Part shown: in pieces, positions 1 to 29,673 of the stretch
Layout of the letters: every line of letters starts with the position of its first letter
Numbering within the stretch: position 1 is the first letter of the stretch
NCBI GenBank assembly: GCA_002633005.1
Contig: NMRA01000092.1
Span: 188,493 to 252,492, forward strand
Direction of reading: 5' to 3'
Source of the DNA: Phoronis australis
Lineage: Eukaryota > Animalia > Phoronida
Length of the DNA stretch: 64,000 nucleotides
Notes under the pieces: generated by a model
What the model saw: only the letters and a program-made list of their open reading frames with translations
Databases searched by the model: none
Told to the model about the DNA's origin: nothing
Position numbers and translations under genes: made by a program

Positions 1-522
1 ATATGTTCGTCTGGCGGGTACTCCCCACCACTGAAATTGTCTGGCAGTGACCAATTTTGATACAATGGATGACGTAGCAGGTATTGAAGGCAGTTTTAAG
101 TGGTTACCAGAAAAGTTGATCTAGCTCAATTTTTTAGTGTAATTCTCTTGGCTCCCCTGACCACACCCACCAGAGCGAACCTGCCAGACGGCCATTTCCA
201 AGCATCAGGATACCCACAGAGCACTGTGGCACCAAAGAAAATTGGTTACCTTTTCATGCCCAAAAAAAGCTCTGGGATCCCGGTCTATATACTATCATCG
301 TAAGTTATCACTTGCCTGTGTACAGCTGCGGCATCCACAACACAGCCAATCTAACCAACTGCGTGGGAGAGGGGCAGCCTAAAGTCGCAAGCAAACTCTC
401 TCCAACTTTGTATTGGTTCTGGTAGGGTTTTCAGCATTTGTTTCCAGATGTGCAGGTATTGTGTGGAGCAGAGCCCCCACCAGGAATCTAAGAAAGTGCC
501 TCCTTTGGGCATGGGCTCTGGA

Positions 523-1142
523 AGACAGTGACCACCGTCTCAAGCTGACCAGTAGAGACTCTAAAGCTCCTACAGGAATGTCATATGGCAGAAACTTTTC
601 GTCAAATTACCATATGCCTCACACTGATTAAAACATCAAAGTCACGCTGTTATAAGTACCTTTTGCGCAGTAGAGGGACACCTTAGGAGGCCGTTGAAGT
701 CTTTTATCCTTCCATTTCAAACAAATACTCCCATTATCAAACTTTTCTTCAAGCAGTCCTTTGCTTAGTTCCCAAAATCGGAAACTGGACATTTTGTCAT
801 TTTGACACAAGCACGCTCCAGTGAATATGACGCTATACCACCTGCCGCACGCAGTGTTAAAAATGGCCACTTGCCAATTTGGGCAACTGAACAAATGACC
901 GCTCGAAGAAAAAGTGTGATTACAGGAGTATTTGCTCAATTTGGAAGGAATTAAAGACAATGACGGCCTCCCTCCTACGGCTAAGGTAGGTGTCCCTCTG
1001 AGCAAAAGATACATAACAATGTGACTTTGATTTTTAATAAGTGTGAGGCATAATTCGCTGAAAAGCTTCCAGCGTATAAAGCACAATGCGCATATAGGAG
1101 CTTCATTGTCTGTAGTTCAACTAGAGACAGTGTGCACTGTCT
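523..1142. mobile_element. Old foldback/MITE-like element with about 170-bp degenerate terminal inverted repeats, in intron 1 of the TFPT-like gene
   Basis: 523-693 (agacagtgaccaccgtctcaagctg...aagctccta...gcctcacactgatt...atcaaagtcac...agagggacacct) is the imperfect reverse complement of 963-1142 (aggtgtccctct...gtgactttgat...agtgtgaggca...taggagctt...gagacagtgtgcactgtct). No clear TSD. Confidence 0.65.
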
Positions 1143-1181
1143 AGGTCTAGGGTTGTGGCTTATGCAGGGGATGTATCAAAC

Positions 1182-1397
1182 CTGTTGCAACTGTTCACAT
1201 CTTTTCTTAACGGCGAAGTACTTCTTCTGATAAGCTGTTTCCTGGAGAAACGTTTTAAATAATCTTTCATATGACTTGTACTCAGCGATTTCTGGATCGA
1301 TTTCCTCTTCGTTCGTTGCCGTTGCTTCCGTTGCAACATTTGCTGAGTCTGTAAGTTTAGAATTGGAGTCGAGTTCATTTTCACTGTCAGAAGCCAT
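1182..1397 (-). CDS. TFPT: First coding exon of a TFPT/Amida (INO80 complex subunit F)-like gene; the remaining exons were not found and probably lie left of the window
   Basis: ATG in aaaATGg context at 1397. The exon encodes MASDSENE...ETAYQKKYFAVKKRCEQLQQ and ends at a CAG|GTTTGA donor. An acidic N-terminus followed by KKYxAxxKRCxxxxQ resembles human TFPT RRKYQALGRRCREIEQ (recalled alignment, no search run). INO80E and TBRG1 have a related coiled motif. Confidence 0.55.
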
Positions 1398-1625
1398 TTT
1401 TTTACTCTCCACACCACAAGGAACTTCAATTTATTATATGCGACATCTTTTTTTAGAAAATTATTGACAAAGATTTGGAGAAAGTATATTTAGTAATATG
1501 TAAAGGAAAGAATTTTTGGTTTTAGATGTGTATGTGCTGTGTAACACATAATTTTTGCCTGGTGTTGAGAGTTAGCAGCAGTGTGGTTTCGCCATTTTTA
1601 CGTTGTGTGCGGTGAGCAGGTAAGT
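1398..1625. promoter_or_regulatory. Probable bidirectional promoter with a non-coding first exon of PRPF40A ending at 1619
   Basis: YY1-type GCCATTTT motif at about 1591. Strong CAG|GTAAGT donor at 1619/1620 on +, with no ATG in frame before it. The minus-strand ATG is 222 bp away. Confidence 0.5.
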
Positions 1626-1820
1626 TCGCAGTGTTGTTGTAAACACCGGCAAACTCTGGTAAACTAAAGATAAAAACACCCGGCAAAGCAGAAATCGTTC
1701 ATTGCTTCCGAAGTAATTTTCCTTTGCCCTATCTACATCAACTGTGCTCAAGTTCTGACTGAGCCCATCTACTTGCTTGTCGCCGGTCACCGGCTTTCTG
1801 CTGAGTTCAGTCCAAGATTC

Positions 1821-3055
1821 CAGTGTCCAGTTGCATGAAACAGTCCCAAATAGGGGCTCAACTAAGTTCCCTAAATCTAGTGTGTATTTGTGACTTTTTG
1901 TACTCACAGGTCTATTTTTTCTATCATGTCATCTTTATTACAGTAGTTTATCAGTGTAGTGAGACGTTATTTGACCCACAGGCGTCCTCAGCTTCTGATC
2001 GTCCCCAATACACTACATATAATACTACAAGGTATGACACTTCGGACTTGAAATTCCACGGGTGCTTCACTTCAGCCGTCCATAGCAAACATAAAACTCA
2101 ATAAATTTGCACAAAACAGGGGTTCAACAAACCATGAAGAATTGTTCTTTCTCCCAATACCATTCACGGTGTCCTGTTACGGCGACTTCGTAAGAAATTC
2201 GCAGTCAAAGAACAAAAATGTTCACAAAAAGCCCCCACACACGTTTCCCCTAGGCCCGTCGAGGTCAAGGACGGTTACGGAAATTGCCGGTGAGTTACGG
2301 AAGTAGCGACATCGTGACTTTACGCGACAAAGCGGCAATTTCCGTACCGTCCTTGACCTCGACGGGCCTAGGGAGAACGTGTGTGGGGTCTTTTTGTGAA
2401 CATTTTTGTTCTTTGACTGCGAATTTCTTACGAAGTCGCCGTAACAGGACACCGTGAATGGTATTGGGAGAAAGAACAATTCTTCATGGTTTGTTGAACC
2501 CCTGTTTTGTGCAAATTTATTGAGTTTTATGTTTGCTATGGACGGCTGAAGTGAAGCACCCGTGGAATTTCAAGTCCGAAGTGTCATACCTTGTAGTATT
2601 ATATGTAGTGTATTGGGGACGATCAGAAGCTGAGGACGCCTGTGATTTGACCTCTCTCACTGCTGCGGTGGCCTTCTGCCGCGCGCGCCCTCTGTCGGCA
2701 TGCACCAATATACAAGGATCGGTATTTTGATCGTTTGCTGAAAACTGGAAGAAGATGAGCTCCTCTTTAACTAATGACATTTTCTAATAATATAACTTAA
2801 AACTGAGTGAACACGAAGAGGAACTTAATCCCTAAATTAGGGGCTTTGCGTGAGAAGATCCCTATTAATTTCAATGAAATTGAAAATTCAACGTAGAGTT
2901 TGAAGTCTTGATTTGTATCAAAAATTGACTTAGTTGTGAAACTAAAACAACATAAGGAATGACAGTCGGCGTTTTCACTAGTCCACAAATACGCAATAAA
3001 TTTAGGGAACTTAGTTGAGTCCCTATTTGGGACTGTTTCCTACAACCGGGCACAG
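1821..3055. mobile_element. Outer MITE (PIF/Harbinger-like appearance) with about 75-bp imperfect TIRs, interrupted by the foldback at 1977-2644
   Basis: cagtgtccagttgcatgaaacagtcccaaataggggctcaactaagttccctaaat (1821 onward) matches the reverse complement of atttagggaacttagttgagtccctatttgggactgtttcctacaaccgggcacag (ends 3055). The superfamily is an inference. Confidence 0.7.
1977..2644. mobile_element. Young 668-bp foldback transposon: about 313-bp near-perfect inverted arms, 43-bp spacer, 8-bp TSD
   Basis: Arms 1977-2289 and 2333-2644 are reverse complements with only about 4 differences. Termini are CACAGGCG...CGCCTGTG. The direct repeat ATTTGACC sits at 1969-1976 and 2645-2652. An 8-bp TSD with CA termini fits the P or hAT superfamilies. 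Confidence 0.92.
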
Positions 3056-3615
3056 GAGTTCTCCTAGTGCCGATGTTTGTCATCCAAAGTTTATGGAAGA
3101 GTTTGCAATTTGTTTTACCTTCACTGTTTTGTACAAAAATTTAATGGTTTATTAATGACATCATTAAAAAGCACACTTTTCCTTGAATATACTAGTTTGG
3201 TTACTGATGTGAAAAAAACTGCCATTAATCCATTATTCCACTGTTAAATTGTAGGGGGATCATACATGCATCGAGTTTGAGTACCATGAAAAAGGCATGA
3301 AATAGAACGCAATCTGTTAGCGAGTTTCTTTTTTCGTTGATTCTTCAATCCACTGTTCTTTTTTCACAATTTGTGCACAGTTCACAACAAACTATCAGAA
3401 GTGGTTGTTCTTTGTTAGCTCTTTTGTTTTATTATCAGCAAACGGAAATTCTGAGAAAATTTATGTTTTAGAAAAGTTATCAATGTCACCATCTCCATCA
3501 AATGTCATGTTATGAAACCAGCAAGTGCTATGTGTGTAGACAGGTGGAACTAGTTGTCAGACCCACAAACCATAGCTAAATTTGAACTGAAGAAAAGTTG
3601 TCCTACCAATAGTAA

Positions 3616-22899
<19,284 letters not shown>

Positions 22900-23489
22900 G
22901 CGTGTTGAGAGATTGGGATTCTGTTACTTCAAAATAGGTTTTGCTGCTTTGTATTATCTGACGTTATAGATTGATACCGGTAGTTAAGCAAATGACCGTC
23001 TTGCTATAGTCTGAGTTGATGAAAGAAGATATGATGATGATTCGGGGAAAGCTTCAAAGGATGTGTTACGCGACTCTCCTTTAAATTTCGTGTTGCTGTT
23101 GTTAGGAATTCAAAGTGAGGCTGCTGGCAGAGCACGGGGTGTCATTGGCGATTACTTGATGGATGAGCTTGTTGTGACTTTTGTACATCGGTGTATACAT
23201 TTGACGTCTTTGAGGTTCTGGAGGCCAAAGACGTGCGCTCGTTCATAGCTAAGAAGTCAAACACCCATTCTTGTTGACTGGGAACTTTGTTTTATGAAAA
23301 GCTTTTACATGATAACTGATATTTCGTCCTCTGATTAACTTAACCGATGTACCACAATATTGACCGACCTGGCTGTGGAGTATCACTTTCTATTCATACC
23401 ACCAGGTGTTGCTATTCTCATTCTGGTCAACCAGACTCGGTAGAAACCATTAACCCTGACCACAAGGGAAGTAGATGATGCCAGTATAT

Positions 23490-23655
23490 CAAAACAGAGG
23501 AAAGATAATGGTCGTGTAATAAAGCGCACTGACCCCTAGGGCATATCAGGCTACATGGACCTAGGTAGAACAGTGTTGCCCTCAGACTCCCGCGGCAGGA
23601 AACAATACTTTCCCTATGTTCATATGACCTGATATTTACCTTGGATCGAACCACT
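23490..23655 (-). mobile_element. Possible SINE remnant in the PRPF40A 3' UTR
   Basis: The minus strand begins with B-box-like gtggttcgatcc and ends with a SINE-like tail gccctaggggtcagtgcgctttattac. Confidence 0.3.
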
Positions 23656-23921
23656 TTTGTATGATAAACTAATCTGTTCTCCTTGATTCAACTACCTATC
23701 AGAAGTCTGAGGCATGGCTTATATAACTGCCTTGAACATAAGATATTTAAGATATGCCAAACTTTTAGTAATTCTGTTTGACAGTTAACTTTTTTTTCTC
23801 TATAGACCACATATGCATATTACTCTGGTTGACAGATATGTCTGTCCCTTCATCTCTTGAGAATGTTACCTGAGGATTTGGTTCTGGCAATTATTGTTGA
23901 TGAAGAGCAATTTTTGTATGT

Positions 23922-23927
23922 AATAAA
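23922..23927 (+). terminator. Candidate polyadenylation signal of PRPF40A
   Basis: AATAAA about 1 kb after the stop codon, in a U-rich context. An earlier AATAAA lies at about 23518. Confidence 0.4.
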
Positions 23928-24704
23928 TCTTTTTACAGTACAACATTGTAGTGCGTTATTCTTTAATTAGTATGGAACAATAATTGAAGTCTGGGTTCGA
24001 ATTTAATGTTTGAAATGTTGGGCAAATCTCTCCACTTGAACAATTTTATTCTGAAACTGGGAACGTGGTTATGGGATTTTGATTGAATCCATTTTTGTTT
24101 GCCAACTGCAGCCAATACAAATGATGAGTAAAATGCAAAGTAACACTATTGGTGAGATTAATTTTGTTTCTGAGATCTGCCTCAGTGCTGAATTGTACAA
24201 CCAAATGTTTATCTGGCTGAGTTAAATACCGCTGGGGTTGTGGAAGAGTCTTAAGCGCAATGTTGGTGGCCTTAATTTCAGCGAATGTCTGGCAGACAAT
24301 GGACAAATTAAGCGATTTGTCATAAAAGCACTACAGGGTTTATTGTTTCATAGCTCTGTTCAATGCTTATAACTTCCAGAAGCCTATACCGTTCATTAGT
24401 AATTTCAAAATTGCAATTTCGGCTGTATAACAATGTGCCGTTACTACACTTTAAAGTAAACCATTCAATGAAGCACAACCAATTAACAAAAGTAGGGGCT
24501 AAAATAAAACTCTGAAACTAAGATTAAGAAAGACATGCTGAGACTAAATGACTTTACAAAACACTTCCACTGTCAATCTAATGAACATGGAGATTAAACA
24601 AATTATTAACACCCAAAGAATAAAAAAGCAAAAGAAGTTTAAAAATGTAAAAACAAGAAGACTAAAATATTATTAAAACAGGACGACTAAATGAATTAGA
24701 AACC

Positions 24705-25713
24705 TTAAAGGAGCATGCCACCCAAAAAACAACCTAATTTGTATCAATTTAGATCGAGTAGTTCTACTCCATAACGACACGTGCGGTTGCGTTACCTGAC
24801 GGCAGACGGAGGTGTTGAAATTATCCAATTACGTCATCGGTTTCACACGCATTCTGTTCAGCAGTTCACAACTGGTGTCAGCTTATCGCTTGGAGTCATC
24901 GTTTAGCACCAATGAATCACCAAACTTCGATGTAAAACCCTTAAAAATACACCGAGTTCTTACAAAAACATGCTGTTTTATTTCGCTCTTACGGATTTAT
25001 TGGTATTTGGCACGTAGCCTACAAAGTTCGGCAGGAGTTTGGGATGTGTTCGGAGATAATTTCGAAGTATTTTCCGTGAGATACAGACAGGAGAACCTAG
25101 ATCTGTGTTGTTTAGACTTGTGATTTTCTAAGTTCTAAACACAAAACGCTTATTATCCTGGCCAGTGGCTCGGAGCCCGATCAGCCCCGTCGCGGCCGGG
25201 TCGGATTGACTCGTTATCGCGGCCGGTGTCTCGGAAACTGATCAGAAATCACGAACAAACCAGCCAAAGTTCAGTGGAAACTAAACTTCCAGTAGAGAGT
25301 TTCTGCCAGCAAACACTAAATTAACATCAGCTCACAGGGCCTCGGTGTCCCGTCAATTAGTTTTATTACACCTAAAGCCGGTAAAACGCCAACATGGCAT
25401 CAGTAGCAAACGCCAACATGGCAACAGTAGCAAACGCCAACATGGCANNNNNNNNNNNNNNNNNNNNNNNNNNNNNNNNNNNNNNNNNNNNNNNNNNNNN
25501 NNNNNNNNNNNNNNNNNNNNNNNNNNNNNNNNNNNNNNNNNNNNNNNNNNNNNNNNNNNNNNNNNNNNNNNNNNNNNNNNNNNNNNNNNNNNNNNNNNNN
25601 NNNNNNNNNNNNNNNNNNNNNNNNNNNNNNNNNGCCGTCTCTGCCGTCTCTGCCGTCTCTGCCGTCTCTGCCGTCTCTGCCGTCTCTGCCGTCTCTGCCG
25701 TCTCTGCCGTCTC
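24705..25713. mobile_element. Probable Kolobok-type non-autonomous DNA element with internal 24-bp and 9-bp repeats around an assembly gap
   Basis: Starts TTAA|AGGAGCATGCCAC, with an abrupt change to CpG-rich sequence. The 24-mer aaacgccaacatggca(t/a)cagtagc lies at 25385-25447 and (gccgtctct)n at 25634-25713. The right TIR is not seen. Confidence 0.4.
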
Positions 25714-28700
25714 ATGATTTCGTTAGCTTATTTTGATGAAATTCTACAAATAGTTATGTTTCGAAGAGATGGTGCTACCTTCTCAATTCGGATGGTCACG
25801 TAATATGCAACATCTAATCGATATTCTTGTAATTCTAAACATACTCATTGAAGCACACCTTTAGCAGTGCTATCGTGGACGAATTTCAACGCTCCGCGTT
25901 GCTCTTGTTGACATCTACTTAACCCCTTGCAAGGTCACAATTTGGCACGTGTAGTCCTATTTTCAACTCGACACTGGACCACTGATGTGCCTCCGAATGG
26001 AAATTTCATTTTTTCTGAAAAAAGTGAGCTACGCCTGCCTCTATCTTAAGAGTTCCTTTGCGGATTTTCATTTACTTTTGTCGGACATTGTTCTTAGACA
26101 GAAGACGACGTCTTGCTTTGGATAGGTTCAATGTATTCTTTGCCGTTTAATAGCCATTTTACGATATAAAAAACGCTACTGGAATTGCTTTGCAGTCGTG
26201 GCTGCATTTCAACGCTCCATTTAGCTGTTGTTTACAGGCGAGGGAGCGGGTTCAATGAAACCTGGTTTGAGGTATCTAAGGCACCCCACTGTGTCGAGCT
26301 GGGTTAACCCAACAAAGAAACTATTGAAGTGCGTCAATGGAACTGTCATCACGTGGGTTTCCGTGACAGCACACAGTTGTAGGTAGAATGTGTGCAGACG
26401 CATTTTCCTGGTGGCTCTGTCATCAATAAAATGAGTGGAAAAAGGTCAGAACACTTTTCCTCTGAGAAAAAGGTTTCCTCACAGAACTGATTACAGAAAA
26501 AATGATGTCATAGATGGAGAGCAAGAAAAGCGACGCCAAAACTAGTCAACGGAAGCAACGGGCTTGGGGTCCAGACTGGTTAAACAGTTCCCGCAATCAG
26601 AAAAACGCAACCATAAACACTTAAAGGAATTTTGGAAACTGAGTGAAACGAGGGAAGTGGTGTAGTTTTATAATGAGAGCGACGGATGCCCTGCAGCACG
26701 ACCCAGTCGGTCGATCAGGCGGGCGACTTAGCCTAGTACACCGTGTGGCATGAGAAAATACGCAATGGTCATTTTTTCACATGGACCTTTTCGATAAGTG
26801 TATGTCGCCTGTACCCTGCTTGGCCGTTGAGTTGAATTTTTAATCGATTGTATATGTGTGTGCGTGCGTGCGCGTGTGAGAGTGGGCGTGGTGTATAGCA
26901 AAATTCCTTAGATTTCTCACTTGACTTTTGAAAAAATAAGCCAAAAATATCTCAAACAGCTAATTGTAACTGATACGGTGTGCCATGAAAAGCGTTAATC
27001 AGTAGCTATAATTACAATTACATTGCAGCTGGTTCATGATAACGAGGCTCATCTCAGTTTTCAGTCACACTGTGGTAAAAATTGGTTTTACACTGTTATG
27101 CACCAACCAGTTAGCACACACCTGACTAAGTTTGAATCTTCGAGTAAAGAATAAACAAAAACAAAAACGCCTTTTCTGCACTCCCTGACTGTCACGTGGC
27201 AATCAAGACCAAGAAACAGTCTCGCTGACAACGAAGGAAAAGCCACTGTTATGAGTTCAAATATATCATGAAATAATTTCTTAAATATATCACATATGTA
27301 AGTTTTATGAATTAAAAATATATACAGTGCAGCTCGCGCAATATCATACCCTCCATGTCGATGATATATTCGAAAGTTTTAAAAGTTCTTAAATAAATAA
27401 AATTAAACTCATTGCTTGGAAAGGTTGTCTTTGCACTTCCTTGGGGTTTTAGCTTCCAGTAGTTATTGCAAAATTGTTTTTTGTTGTCCAAATGTGAATA
27501 AGTGAAACGTTTGCTTGCCCTGACTCCCGTACATATTACAAGGTGGTTGCGGTGGGGTACTTTGGCGAAGTCGAAATGGATTGTGCCCCCCCCCCCCAAT
27601 AATTTTTACCTTCCTACGGGCCAGCAAAGGGCAAGTCAAAAACTTCAGGGTAAAAGGCTGCCGTTGCCTTGGCTTATATGATAATTGTCATAAAACTAAT
27701 TGCAAGTTTTCGAGTATGATTTTGCCTGAGAATTTGTTAAGTATGTACTACCTAAAATGTCCATGTACACGTACTAAAGTCTGAATTGATGGGCACAATG
27801 TTTTATTTGTTAGACTTAATTTGTCAGGCAGCCAGAAGCTGAGCCTGAGGTTGTGGGTGAGCAGTTGATTGGAATTTTAAAAATTGTCTTGCGCACTGTA
27901 CACTCATTACTATCAAACGTTCACAACACAACTGACACAAGACGGAGTCACGTGGAGAATGTTTGCCCTGATTTAAGCTCTACTTTTCCATGAAACAATT
28001 TCTCAAATTTCTCATAGGCGACTTTTGTAACTCGAAAATATATCACACAGACGAGAATGATGCATATATTGTATTATAAAAAGTGTATGTTCCTTATTGC
28101 TAAAAATAACATAGTATAGCAATCACAGTCGTCTATTTTTGTTAAATCTTTCATCGACATTGTTAATCTGCCGTGGAACTAGTTTAAAATTGAGGTTATG
28201 TGTCTAAATTTCATTGATTTTCAAATAATGGAAGTTCTAATGTTCCATGAAATATTTTCTAAAATTTCTCACATGAGACATTTAAATCTAAACAAAGATT
28301 TAAAAAACAGAGGAATATAATCGATACAATGCGCCATAAAAAGTGTATTCGTCTGCTTTACATGTTCTTTAATCCTCCGTTACAATTACAATGTTAATTT
28401 GTCATGGGACTATTTCTGCAATTTAGACCATATGCCCTTTGGATTTTAATTCACTTGACAAATGATTGTATTTGAATATCACATAACTGGATGTTGGACA
28501 CTTGCCAAAAGGTGCTATGCACTATACTTTGGCGGCCCTATTTGAATTGTAATGCACAGTTTGTTATGCAACCAGGACACGCCAGAGATCTGGTGGTGCA
28601 AATAATGGGGATATTAAAAATTGTCCTGTTCTGGAACACCACTAAAATCATGAAAATAAAAGGTTACAGTTATGTACGACCCTAGAAAAATATCCAAATG

Positions 28701-29205
28701 ACTCAGAAATAGCTGATCAGATTCTAGGAAAGGCCGGTTGTAATTGTTTTTAAAATCTCCCATTTTTGCATGAGCAACTGTCCAAAATAGGAAGTTCTGA
28801 TTTTTATGAAAAAAATAAAAAGTTACATACAACGAAAACAAGTGAAAATTAAGAAAATGAAATTTGGTCATAGTGTTGTTCTATGGGTGTACACGAAACT
28901 TTTTGTTGCTAAATTTCACTAAAACCACATGTTCACATGTTCCGATTCACGGTGGATTGATATAAAGTTCACAATCAAATCCTGGAGTCTCTGTACTTTT
29001 GCAGAGTTAAAATCTACAGTTTTGGACATATTTGACTCAATACACAGACTTGTTGATAATTAAGCTTCCAGTACGTAGCTATGGTAACAGCAGTGACCCA
29101 CAAATATAAGGCAATAACGCTGAAAACAAAGGATTTAGAAAAATCAGAGTTTAAGTGTTCCAAAGATAAATTTCAAAAAAACAATCACTCAGAAAAAATA
29201 GTGCA

Positions 29206-29366
29206 ACCAGGCGTGCGTTCAGTAGACGCTAGGACCTACGCTAGGACCTAGCCAAAAGCTAGTCAAGGTCACGTGCTCTTATTTAAAATACACGGCAATA
29301 TCTCGTGTAATCTCGCAAAGTCTTGCTTTTAAGCTAGGTCCTAGGGTTACTGAACCGGAGGCTGGT
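29206..29366. mobile_element. Small MITE
   Basis: accaggcgtgcgttcagtagacgctaggaccta matches the reverse complement of taggtcctagggttactgaaccggaggctggt. Confidence 0.6.
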
Positions 29367-29673
29367 ATCATTGGTACATTATTACAAGTTGTATCGATTT
29401 TGTTTGTAATCTTAGTACCACTATTACAGTTTAGTTGAAATATTAAGTAGGCATGGAAATCTACAAGCCAAGCTCTCAGATGAATTTTATTTTAATATGA
29501 AAATATATTTCTTAATAACATTTTAACGGATGAAACAATAGGCATGTTTTTAAAGGAAAATCAAATTCCCTTAACAGACATTATGAAATAATCACCTTGT
29601 GCTGACAAGGTGCAAGTGCACAAACAGATTGCTTCGAATTATTACACAGGATTTTTTTCATACACCTCGTAAG

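Noticed and set aside
628-1086. 152-aa ORF with ICLKWKDKR resembling a piggyBac transposase motif
   Set aside because: It lies inside a non-coding foldback and has no DDD catalytic context; probably chance.
25345-25803. RRQ/AVS/RLC repeat ORFs, protamine-like
   Set aside because: Artefact of a 9-bp repeat and an N gap.
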